A DNA stretch of 64,000 bases, from contig NZ_OZ245839.1 in assembly GCF_965228795.1 (NCBI RefSeq), positions 1,311,908 through 1,375,907 on the forward strand, read 5' to 3'. This document shows, in pieces, positions 45,330 to 54,261 of the stretch (the first letter of the stretch is position 1; every line of letters begins with the position of its first letter). The notes under the pieces are model-generated. The model saw only the letters and a list, made by a program, of their open reading frames with translations, did no database searches and was not told where the DNA came from. The position numbers were made by a program, and so were the translations under genes. The stretch is from Ekhidna sp. Its GTDB lineage: Bacteria; Bacteroidota; Bacteroidia; Cytophagales; Cyclobacteriaceae.

Positions 45330-47953
45330 TTAAAAAAACAGCAGATACATTTTTCAAGTGGTTTTGTCACCCTGAATATTACCCCGACATCAAGGGTGAT
45401 CTGGAAGAATTATATGCTGATCATTTAGCATCCGGGTCAAGATTTCCACAATGGAAATATTTGATGGATGTAGTAATGCTATTGAGGCTTTCATTACTTA
45501 AACCCATTTTCAAAAACTCATTAATAAAGGACACAGGCATGTTTAAAAACTATTTCAAAATCAGCTTTAGAAATCTTCTAAAGCACAAAGGTTATACTGC
45601 CATTAATGTAATTGGTGTGGCGGTTGGCTTAGCAGCCTTCTTATTGATCAATCAGTATATTTCTTTTGAGAGGAGCTATGATTCTTTTCATAAAGATGCT
45701 GAGAATATTTACCGGCTCACTACTGATCAGATCGTTGACGGACAGGTTGGTGTAAGAGACGCTATGTCTTTTAATCCATCCGGCAAAATCATTACCGAGG
45801 AAATCCCGGAAGTGAGTGCTTACACAGTGACATACAATATTGGGAATGTTACAGTAAAAAAAGGAGAGACTTTGATCAATGAGGAGATGGTCAAAATGGG
45901 AGATGAGCACTTCGTTGAATTTTTTGGTCATAAAGTGATATCCGGAGATAAACAGACCATGCTTATAGAGCCTAATTCCATTGTGCTCACCCAATCCAAA
46001 GCTGAGTTCTATTTTGGTGAACAAGACCCTGTTGGCAAAACCTTACATCTCTTCTCTGGGTTTGACCAGGATTTTAAAATAACTGGTGTCATTGAGGATG
46101 TACCACTTAATACACACTTCAAGTTTGATTTCCTTATTTCTATTTCTACCATTCAGGAAAGACTGGATAATGAAGGATGGCGAGCATTTAATTATTACAC
46201 GTATTTAAGGATTGATGAAGGTGCAGATATTACTGCATTAGAGGAGAAAATGATTCCTATAAAAAATAAGCACCTGGATGAGGAAAGTACGCTTTTCTTT
46301 AACCTTCAGCCTATTCAGGATATTCATCTTTATTCAGAAATGACTTTTGAGCCAGAAGTGGCTGGAAGTAAAAAATCTGTCGATTTTCTTGAGATTATTT
46401 CCATTTTCATATTGGTGATTGCATGGGTGAACTACATCAATTTATCTACTGCCAAAGCAGTTGATCGCGCAAAAGAGGTGGGATTGAGAAAAGTGATTGG
46501 TGCTGGTAAGAGGCAGCTAAGAATACAATTCTTAGTAGAGGCGCTTCTGATCAATTTATTAGGTGCCATAATTGCCTTATTAATTGCACAGTTGGTTACA
46601 CCATCTTTCAATGCACTAGTGGAAACTCAAATATTAAATGATGTTTGGAAAGATACCGGCTTTCTGTTGATGCTGGGCATGTTCACATTGGTTGGCACAT
46701 TTATATCCGGGTTCTACCCGGCTATTTTCCTCTCCAATTTCAAAATCATAAGTGTACTTAAAGGGAAATTCCGAAATTCCAAGAGTGGAGTAGGTTTAAG
46801 AAAAACACTTGTAGTACTTCAATTTGCTACTTCCATCGTACTTATTGCCTGCACATTGATTGTGATAAAGCAAGTTGATTTTATGCGAAATATGGATATG
46901 GGGATGGATACAGCCCACGTTGTTTCATTCAGGAATCCACGCCCGACAGGTAATGACAGACAGCAGTTGGTAGATAAAATGATGGTGTTTTTAGACCGGC
47001 TTGAAAAGAATTCGAATGTTATTGGCACTTCCACAACCACATCAGTACCAGGGGGTGAGAGCGATGAAATCGCATCAACAAGTGGTGGGGTGAAGATAGT
47101 GGGACTAACTGATAGATTAGACGCAACCACATATATTCAAAGCATTGATGAAAGGTATTTTGAGTTATTAGATATTCAATTGCTAGATGGACGAAATTTC
47201 GAAAAAGACCTGGCTTCTGATAGTTCAGCTGTTATTGTCAACCAGGCATTTTTGGATCGCTTCAATCTTTCCGAATCAAGCGTAATCAATGAAAAAATAC
47301 AGTTTGGTCGAGATCCTGAAAATGATAAGTATCACATAATAGGAGTGATCGAAAATGTAAATCGAACCACCTTAAAAAAATCGACAGAACCGACCTGTTA
47401 TTTTCATGATCCAGTATTACATCATTCGTTAGTTAAACTTTCTTCTGGTTCCCTGAAAGAAGGTCTGGATCTTATCGAATCGACATGGGCTGAAATGTTT
47501 CCTACGTCTACGCTGGAATATACCTTTATTGATGATCGTTTTGATCGGCTTTATAAAGAGGATCGAAAATTCGGATCTGTTTTTAGTATTTTTTCTGGTT
47601 TTGCCTTACTCGTGGCAATATTGGGTTTGTTTGGTCTTATTTCATTCATTGCTTCTCAGCGAACGAAAGAAGTTGGAGTACGAAAAGTATTGGGTGCCTC
47701 AGAAGCACACATCGTATCACTTTTTTATCGAGAGTTCATCGTATTGATTGGTATTGCTACAGTTATTGGATTACCAATCGTTTTTTTCGGGATGAATAAC
47801 TGGCTGGATAACTATGCTTATCGCATTAATTTTCCATGGGCTGTACTGGCTATTTCTTTAGCTGTTGTGGTAGTATGCTCTCTTATTACCGTAAGTGTCA
47901 GGGTCTTGAAGGTTGCCTCTCTTAATCCGGCAAATACGCTAAAATATGAGTAA
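45326..47953 (+). CDS. ABC transporter permease (duplicated MacB/FtsX type) with N-terminal permease-prefix domain
   Basis: 'I.GDLEELY', 'NYFKI.FRNL', 'NY.NL.TA....R.KEVGLRKV.GA', 'RTKEVG.RKVLGA', 'NP..TLKYE'. Confidence 0.93.
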   Translation: MIKKTADTFFKWFCHPEYYPDIKGDLEELYADHLASGSRFPQWKYLMDVVMLLRLSLLKPIFKNSLIKDTGMFKNYFKISFRNLLKHKGYTAINVIGVAVGLAAFLLINQYISFERSYDSFHKDAENIYRLTTDQIVDGQVGVRDAMSFNPSGKIITEEIPEVSAYTVTYNIGNVTVKKGETLINEEMVKMGDEHFVEFFGHKVISGDKQTMLIEPNSIVLTQSKAEFYFGEQDPVGKTLHLFSGFDQDFKITGVIEDVPLNTHFKFDFLISISTIQERLDNEGWRAFNYYTYLRIDEGADITALEEKMIPIKNKHLDEESTLFFNLQPIQDIHLYSEMTFEPEVAGSKKSVDFLEIISIFILVIAWVNYINLSTAKAVDRAKEVGLRKVIGAGKRQLRIQFLVEALLINLLGAIIALLIAQLVTPSFNALVETQILNDVWKDTGFLLMLGMFTLVGTFISGFYPAIFLSNFKIISVLKGKFRNSKSGVGLRKTLVVLQFATSIVLIACTLIVIKQVDFMRNMDMGMDTAHVVSFRNPRPTGNDRQQLVDKMMVFLDRLEKNSNVIGTSTTTSVPGGESDEIASTSGGVKIVGLTDRLDATTYIQSIDERYFELLDIQLLDGRNFEKDLASDSSAVIVNQAFLDRFNLSESSVINEKIQFGRDPENDKYHIIGVIENVNRTTLKKSTEPTCYFHDPVLHHSLVKLSSGSLKEGLDLIESTWAEMFPTSTLEYTFIDDRFDRLYKEDRKFGSVFSIFSGFALLVAILGLFGLISFIASQRTKEVGVRKVLGASEAHIVSLFYREFIVLIGIATVIGLPIVFFGMNNWLDNYAYRINFPWAVLAISLAVVVVCSLITVSVRVLKVASLNPANTLKYE

Positions 47954-48796
47954 CTAAAGCAGTTTGATGAAGGATGGTATTAGGCTGAAATTCCCTTGTC
48001 TTACACACTGCTTTATCTCGTAAATGCATCTAGCTCTAAGAGCTGAACGTTCTTCTTTGGTTTCGTTCAGCTCTTTTATTTTTTGACAAACCTTTAGGGT
48101 TGATTCCTGATGTTTGGTGCCAAATTGAAACTGTAGATCTGACAATGATCCTTTGATAATCCTCTTTTTTACCAGCACTTCATCTGTAAAAGCGTATTTC
48201 CACTTTCGTGAAGATCGAATCCAGAAATCAAAGTCTTCATAACTTAAAGACTCATCATACCCCCCCAGGTCTTCCAGTACTTCACGTTTGATCATCATTG
48301 AGGGTGGAGATATGAAATAGTTCTTAATCAAATCAATATATAAATCACCTTCAGGCACCTTTTCAATTAGATGGCCTTTTTTGTCACGTTTATAATGGTT
48401 GTCAATGATCTGGCCATTCGGTTTTATTTTGAGAACATCGCAAAAGATGACTCCTGCATCTCTACTCAAAAAAGTATTTATTCCTCTTAATATACGCTCG
48501 GGCATTAAGATGTCGTCACCCGCCAGATCGATGATATAGTCTCCTGATGATTTTTTAAATCCCTTGTTAAATGCAGCACAGTTTCCAATCGCTTGCGGAA
48601 TGTCAATGAATGCAATCTTCCGCTCTGCAATGATATTTTCAATCTCCTCCTTGGTACCATCGGTACTCCCATCATCTACAATGATCAATTCTACATTCGT
48701 ATACGTTTGTTTTAAAACCGACTGGATGGCCTCTTTTATGAAGGGTTGATGATTGTGAGATAAACAAACGACTGAAACCAATGGCAATTGATTCAT
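47954..48796 (-). CDS. Glycosyltransferase family 2; ATG at 48796 preferred
   Basis: 'PLVSVV...HN', 'IVDDGSTD', 'DL.GDD', 'YEDFDFWIR'. Confidence 0.92.
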   Translation of the reverse strand: MNQLPLVSVVCLSHNHQPFIKEAIQSVLKQTYTNVELIIVDDGSTDGTKEEIENIIAERKIAFIDIPQAIGNCAAFNKGFKKSSGDYIIDLAGDDILMPERILRGINTFLSRDAGVIFCDVLKIKPNGQIIDNHYKRDKKGHLIEKVPEGDLYIDLIKNYFISPPSMMIKREVLEDLGGYDESLSYEDFDFWIRSSRKWKYAFTDEVLVKKRIIKGSLSDLQFQFGTKHQESTLKVCQKIKELNETKEERSALRARCIYEIKQCVRQGNFSLIPSFIKLL

Positions 48797-48876
48797 GCTG
48801 GTAATTTCATATTTGAGATCGTTTTTACCAATTAAACTAAGATGAAAGTTGATGTGCACGAGTTAAATTCGGGGCA

Positions 48877-50049
48877 ATGAAGCTTTTTGTCATTCCATCG
48901 TGGTATCCATCTGAGTCCAATCCTTCCTATGGAATTTTTATAAAAGAGCAAATTATGATGATGGCTCAACAAAGACCCGAGTGGAAGATAGGAGTGAGCA
49001 CCTGGGGCCAAGGAGATGCAGAAAAATTGATTTGGGTGAAAGATCACTTTAAGAACCTTTCAAAAATTAAAAAACATCAAAAGGATGCATCAAAAGTTCG
49101 AGAGAGAAATGGCGTCATAGAATACTATCAGCCTGCTCTAAGCTGGACCAAGCGGTTCAAAAAAGGAAATTTGAAAGATATAATTAGATGCAATGAGTTA
49201 AACTTTCAAGCTTTTGTGACTGACAATGATAAGCCGGATCTGATACTTGTTCAAGGCACTTATCCCGGCATTTTGGTGGGTGAGTATTTATCCGATAAAT
49301 ATGATGTGCCTTACCATCTACACATCAGGCTTGGGGGCTTTATGTTTGAACACCTTCTGAATGACCTTGGTGGTATTAAGGGTGAGACCCTATCAGCTAT
49401 AGAAAGAGCAAGAAAAGTGACTGTGACCAGTCATTTTCAGCAGAATGAGTTGCAAAATTGGGTGCCTCAAGCAGAAGTAATATACAATCCGGTTGATACT
49501 GATTTCTTTGATCTGAGTAATGAGAACGGGCAATACGTTTTGGCTATTGGTAGGTTGGAACATGAAAAAGGGTTTGACCTATTATTGGAAGCTATCCAAA
49601 ATCTACCAGATGTTAAGTTGAAAATAATAGGTGAGGGATCTCAAAAAGAAAACCTTCTTGAGAAATCTAGTCGATTAAAACTGGATGATCGGGTTGAGTT
49701 TATCGGTGAAAAAACCAGAGAAGAAGTAAGGAGATATATTCATAAGTGTCAATTTCTAGTACTCCCAAGCAGATACGAAACGTTTGGAAATGTGGTACTA
49801 GAAGCAATGGCTTGTGGTAAGCCTGTTGTGGCTACAAGGTGTGGCGGTCCGGAGGAGATTCTCACTGAATATTCAGGAGTACTATGTGATAAGGATGTGA
49901 CTGATTTAGGATCAGCCATTCATGAAATGGTTAAAACTTACAGCGAATATTCACCAGAAAAGGTCAGAGAAGAAGCTGTTTCACGGTTTGGAGTCACAGA
50001 ATGGTTCAGGCAGTTGGAACAGATTTTTAAAGAAGGAATTTCAAAGTAG
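48877..50049 (+). CDS. Glycosyltransferase family 4
   Basis: 'IPSWYP', 'GRL..EKG.D.L', 'PSRYETFG.V.LEAMACGKPVV'. Confidence 0.93.
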   Translation: MKLFVIPSWYPSESNPSYGIFIKEQIMMMAQQRPEWKIGVSTWGQGDAEKLIWVKDHFKNLSKIKKHQKDASKVRERNGVIEYYQPALSWTKRFKKGNLKDIIRCNELNFQAFVTDNDKPDLILVQGTYPGILVGEYLSDKYDVPYHLHIRLGGFMFEHLLNDLGGIKGETLSAIERARKVTVTSHFQQNELQNWVPQAEVIYNPVDTDFFDLSNENGQYVLAIGRLEHEKGFDLLLEAIQNLPDVKLKIIGEGSQKENLLEKSSRLKLDDRVEFIGEKTREEVRRYIHKCQFLVLPSRYETFGNVVLEAMACGKPVVATRCGGPEEILTEYSGVLCDKDVTDLGSAIHEMVKTYSEYSPEKVREEAVSRFGVTEWFRQLEQIFKEGISK

Positions 50050-50914
50050 GCTTGGTCGTTGAAACGCCTCCCATTCGTTCCTTAAATATTTTCAACGTTT
50101 CCTGCGTCCTACCTTCAATAGATGAGACACCTAAATCCAGGTATTTATACCCTTCATCACGATAGTGCTCCACCATACCAGCTATTAGCATTACCATTGG
50201 GCTTTGATTTCTGAACATTGGGCTGGTGGCCGGCAGATAGTAGTACGCAACATCTTCCGTTACATTAACGGAAATGCACAATGCAGATATTTTACCTTCT
50301 CTAAACACCCCAAAACATTCATACTTACCGGGTAGTTTTTCACTGAGTTTTTGCAAGTGCTCCCAGCCAATGTTGATCTGAAGGCCTTGTGTTTGACGGC
50401 AGACGGCTAAAAACTTATAGGCAGTTTCAAGCTCGTCCTTTTCCATTTTTCTAAACGTAAATCCCTCATCCTGTAGTGCTTTTAGTTTTCGAACCTGCAT
50501 CTGATGGATAGTGTCCTCCCACTTTTCATTCAGAAGTATGTGCTGATTAGAGTCATTGAAAAGAAGTTGAGCTCCTAATTTTTCTAAAACATTGACCGCA
50601 GGATAGTCTTTGTAAATTTCACATGGGTGATGAATAACCAATTCGGAGACACCTTTTTCTTTCAAATCCTTTTTCACCTCACTTATGAAGGTTTGCAGGT
50701 CTGCTGCATGATCTATCAATACAACAGATCCAAAAGGACTTTTAGGTATGCTAATTGCGGATTCTCCAATAATATCTAAGGGTAGAAATAGCTGTTCGGT
50801 TGAATAGGCGGTGAATTGGTTATATGTCTGTGATTGAAAGTAGGCACTTTGATAGTAGGTGAGACTTTTTTCGAAAGCAATTCGTTCTGGAGATGTGTAA
50901 ATGTTTAGCATCAT
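50027..50914 (-). CDS. GNAT/FemAB-like acyltransferase
   Basis: 'PKSPFGS', 'YYY.PAT', 'LDLG.SS.EG', 'L..FKE..GG'. Confidence 0.75.
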   Translation of the reverse strand: MMLNIYTSPERIAFEKSLTYYQSAYFQSQTYNQFTAYSTEQLFLPLDIIGESAISIPKSPFGSVVLIDHAADLQTFISEVKKDLKEKGVSELVIHHPCEIYKDYPAVNVLEKLGAQLLFNDSNQHILLNEKWEDTIHQMQVRKLKALQDEGFTFRKMEKDELETAYKFLAVCRQTQGLQINIGWEHLQKLSEKLPGKYECFGVFREGKISALCISVNVTEDVAYYYLPATSPMFRNQSPMVMLIAGMVEHYRDEGYKYLDLGVSSIEGRTQETLKIFKERMGGVSTTKPTLKFLL

Positions 50915-51013
50915 AATTGACTCAAAATTAAAACGGATAGCTACTTTTTAAAGCTCGGTACCAACGTTATCTTGCATTCCTGTTTCTACAATTAGCACTT
51001 AATCGTTTCACAT

Positions 51014-52126
51014 TTGAAGAAAATAATCACCACATTTCTTTTAATCACTTGCTTACAGTCAGTAGGACAGGTTTTCAATCCAGGCCCTGTTCAAAATCTT
51101 GTCAAAAAAGCTTCCGATCATATTTATAATGCTAAACCTGATTCGGCTGAATACTATATCTCCAAAGCTGAAAGGTACTTACCAGAGCATCCTGTGATTC
51201 CGTTAATGCGTGCAATGTCGATTTTATGGTCAGAAATACCATTAATTTCTGAAGAAGAATTTGCGAAAATGGAATTTCAATTAGACTCTGCTATATCCTT
51301 GGCTCGGTTTAGAGATCCAGATTTGGAACAACCGGAAATGATTTTTTTTGCCATGGCATCTTATGGATTACTGGCCGAGTATTATGCAGATCAGGGCTAT
51401 ATGATGAAGGCTGTGTCAGAGGCTAATCGAGCATATGGCTTAATGAAAAAAGGGTTTGATATTGTCGATGATTATCCTGAGTTTTTATTGACTACTGGTC
51501 TTTATAACTACTTCCGAGAAAAATATCCTGAAAAACATCCCATGTATAAGCCGCTACTTTGGTTTTTTAGAAGTGGAGATATGGAAAAAGGCCTTAAGCA
51601 ATTAGAACAGGCTTGCAATGAATCTTTTCTTACAAAAGTGGAAGCCTATGTTTACCTGAGTTATATCTATTTACGCTATGAGTATAAGCCTGATCTTGCA
51701 CAAAACTACCTTTCTGCTTTATGTGAAATGTATCCCAACAACTTTTATGCAAAGGCAAAGTATCTCGAATCAATGGCCAACCCTGAAGATTTCAAAGACG
51801 CACCATTAGATGATATTCACGCGCTTATCACACATGAAAGTCCATACTATAAGCTAGCTGGATATGTGTTCCTGGGTTACTTTGAAGAGAAGATCATTAA
51901 GAATGATAAAAAAGCAGAACATGCTTATCGAACTGCTTTGAAGTATGCTGAAGAAATACCTAACCATGGAGAGTTTTTTAAGAGTTTCGGATATCTGGGC
52001 TTAAGTCGTATTCTTGTAAAAACGAATCGTAAGGAGGAGGCTAGAGTCAATTTAGAAAAAGCCCTGACCTATGCTGAAACGGAACAAATAGAAAGTGAAG
52101 CTGAAAAATTGCTGTCTGTACTTTGA
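51014..52126 (+). CDS. Secreted TPR-like protein
   Basis: Signal peptide; helical repeats; 'GLYNY', 'GL..LE', 'YP.N'. Confidence 0.72.
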   Translation: MKKIITTFLLITCLQSVGQVFNPGPVQNLVKKASDHIYNAKPDSAEYYISKAERYLPEHPVIPLMRAMSILWSEIPLISEEEFAKMEFQLDSAISLARFRDPDLEQPEMIFFAMASYGLLAEYYADQGYMMKAVSEANRAYGLMKKGFDIVDDYPEFLLTTGLYNYFREKYPEKHPMYKPLLWFFRSGDMEKGLKQLEQACNESFLTKVEAYVYLSYIYLRYEYKPDLAQNYLSALCEMYPNNFYAKAKYLESMANPEDFKDAPLDDIHALITHESPYYKLAGYVFLGYFEEKIIKNDKKAEHAYRTALKYAEEIPNHGEFFKSFGYLGLSRILVKTNRKEEARVNLEKALTYAETEQIESEAEKLLSVL

Positions 52127-52725
52127 GTGCTTACTATACCATTAAATCAGAAGTTGAAGGCTTGTATAAGGAGAAGGGGAGTAAGTTCATTGCTCGCGCA
52201 TTCCCGGTTCATACAGAAGAAGAAATCAAACAAGTCCAGGATCAGCTTAGAAAAGAGTTCTATGATGCCAGGCACCATTGCTTTGCTTGGGTTTTAGGGC
52301 TGGATGATCAGTCTTGGAGGGCAAATGATGATGGTGAGCCGGCCCACTCGGCAGGAGATCCAATTTTAGGACAGATCAGATCATTTGAGCTAACGAATGT
52401 ACTCGTTGTTGTAATCAGGTACTTTGGAGGTACGAAGCTTGGTGTCGGTGGGTTGATTCAGGCCTATAAAGCCGCTACAGATCATGCATTATCAAAAGCA
52501 AAGCGTATTGAGATTTTTGAGACAAGAAAAGTCTCCATCAAGTTCGAGTATGATATGATGAGTCAAGCCGAAAGGCTTATCAATGACTTTGAATTAGAAG
52601 TAATTGAACGGGATTTTAAAACTTCGTGTAAAATACACTGCCTTATAAAAAAAGATCAAATGACTACCTTTAAAGAAAGAACAGGTGATCTTTATAATAT
52701 GGAATTTCAATTTGAAGAGGAATGA
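52123..52725 (+). CDS. YigZ/IMPACT family protein
   Basis: 'KEKGSKF', 'A.HHCFA', 'DDGEP..SAG', 'VV.RYFGGTKLG.GGL..AY'. Confidence 0.93.
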   Translation: MSAYYTIKSEVEGLYKEKGSKFIARAFPVHTEEEIKQVQDQLRKEFYDARHHCFAWVLGLDDQSWRANDDGEPAHSAGDPILGQIRSFELTNVLVVVIRYFGGTKLGVGGLIQAYKAATDHALSKAKRIEIFETRKVSIKFEYDMMSQAERLINDFELEVIERDFKTSCKIHCLIKKDQMTTFKERTGDLYNMEFQFEEE

Positions 52726-53163
52726 TTGCTTCTGAATTTAAAAAAACTATTTCTCAGGGATCTTGATAAGTTAAAAACGGAGTTGGATGCTTATTCTGAC
52801 GAAAATGCCTTATGGATTAAGAAAGAAGGCATAAATAATTCGTCGGGAAACCTATTTATGCACTTGTGTGGTAATCTTCAACATTTCATTGGTGCTGTTT
52901 TGGCAAAAAGCGGATACGAACGAAAAAGAGATTTTGAATTCAATGGAAGAATGACCGTCTCTGAGATCCTTGAAGAAATAGAAACTACAAAGCGGATTCT
53001 TTCCGACTTTTTTGATAAAGCTCAAGCCACAGACCTGGATGCAGTATATCCATTACAGCCTTTTGACTACCCAATGACCGTTAGATACTTCTTAAATCAC
53101 CTACTAGGGCATTTAAACTATCATTTGGGTCAAATTAATTACCACAGGAGGATTCTTTCTTAA
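52726..53163 (+). CDS. DinB/DUF1572-like protein; start ambiguous (see the A7 finding)
   Basis: 'LF.RDL.KL..E...Y', 'NS.GNL..HLCGNL.HFIGA', 'Y.R.RD.EF', 'HL.YHLGQINYHRR'. Confidence 0.88.
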   Translation: MLLNLKKLFLRDLDKLKTELDAYSDENALWIKKEGINNSSGNLFMHLCGNLQHFIGAVLAKSGYERKRDFEFNGRMTVSEILEEIETTKRILSDFFDKAQATDLDAVYPLQPFDYPMTVRYFLNHLLGHLNYHLGQINYHRRILS

Positions 53164-53371
53164 ATAAGAATAATACAATTAAATATAGATTTAGTAATGT
53201 TTAAGCCTATGTGCTCACTGAATATTTCAATGGACGTTTTCTTTAATCGTGTATAAACATAGGTTTATCTAATATTTGGCTTATGTAAACGAATCGACCC
53301 ATTTCGTTACGAAAATCTTAGCTAATCTTGAACTAAAGAAATTCAAAACAATCCATAGCTGGTTGAATTAG

Positions 53372-53411
53372 AACGGAGTTGCTTTGGTGAGGGCGCTCCG
53401 TTTGCTTTTTT
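53372..53411 (+). terminator. Intrinsic terminator
   Basis: aacggag/ctccgtt stem with a paired interior, followed by tgctttttt. Confidence 0.65.
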
Positions 53412-53430
53412 ACCCCACTTTTCCTTTTTT

Positions 53431-54261
53431 TTATCTGATTTCAACTGAATCAGCACTAATCGCCGCAGCGCCAAAGTACCCTAATACCCTTTTTTCATCA
53501 TCTTCAACGTAGAACAGATTACCATCTACTATAGCAGGTGTTGTGCCGCTGGAGGTACCAAGAGTAGTGATTTGAGAGCGTAGTAATGCAAGATACCTAT
53601 GGCCTTGCGGTGAGATTGATTGAAGCTGTATGGTAATTTCATCACCCGGATCATAACCAAATGCCCTGAAATTGTTAGGGATTAAATTCCCATTAAACAA
53701 CCGATCATTTTGAACTGTAATAGGATCAGGCTCGGTATAAATGACATCATTTTTATAGAAAATCCATCGATAGTAATTCTCGCTATCCACTGGATCAACC
53801 ACATTTACTTTTGGGTAGTAGACTGTAATTTGTTGTCCCGGGTTATTTGGATCATTTTCCAGAAAAGATTGAACCTGAATAGACTGTATCTGGACTTTTT
53901 CAGGAATCATATCCCAATCAGAACGAATTTCAAATGTGTCTACAATTGCTAAAACACGATATTCGTTTCCAGTTATCCCCCGATATGCATTATTAGCCCG
54001 GTAAAAACCATTTTCATGATAAGTATACTGAAATACCTCTCCTGTACGAGCCTGAACCAATACTTGTGCATCTTCAATAGGTGGTACCGGATTTTGACTT
54101 GCAAATGATCCTGATCTTGTAATCCTGATTGGGTGATTGCTAAGCGAGTCTGTTACCCACCCTTCAATTACCACGAGATTTTGAGGTTGTGGAAGGTCTA
54201 CAATCACCACCTCTTCACATGCCAGTGCCAATAATAGTGATATGTAAACAAGCTTTTTCAA
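53431..54261 (-). CDS. DUF4249 family lipoprotein
   Basis: Lipobox ALAC-EE; 'LVVIEG', 'D..F.G', 'GNL', 'LGYF.A'; follows a TonB-dependent receptor. Confidence 0.88.
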   Translation of the reverse strand: MKKLVYISLLLALACEEVVIVDLPQPQNLVVIEGWVTDSLSNHPIRITRSGSFASQNPVPPIEDAQVLVQARTGEVFQYTYHENGFYRANNAYRGITGNEYRVLAIVDTFEIRSDWDMIPEKVQIQSIQVQSFLENDPNNPGQQITVYYPKVNVVDPVDSENYYRWIFYKNDVIYTEPDPITVQNDRLFNGNLIPNNFRAFGYDPGDEITIQLQSISPQGHRYLALLRSQITTLGTSSGTTPAIVDGNLFYVEDDEKRVLGYFGAAAISADSVEIR

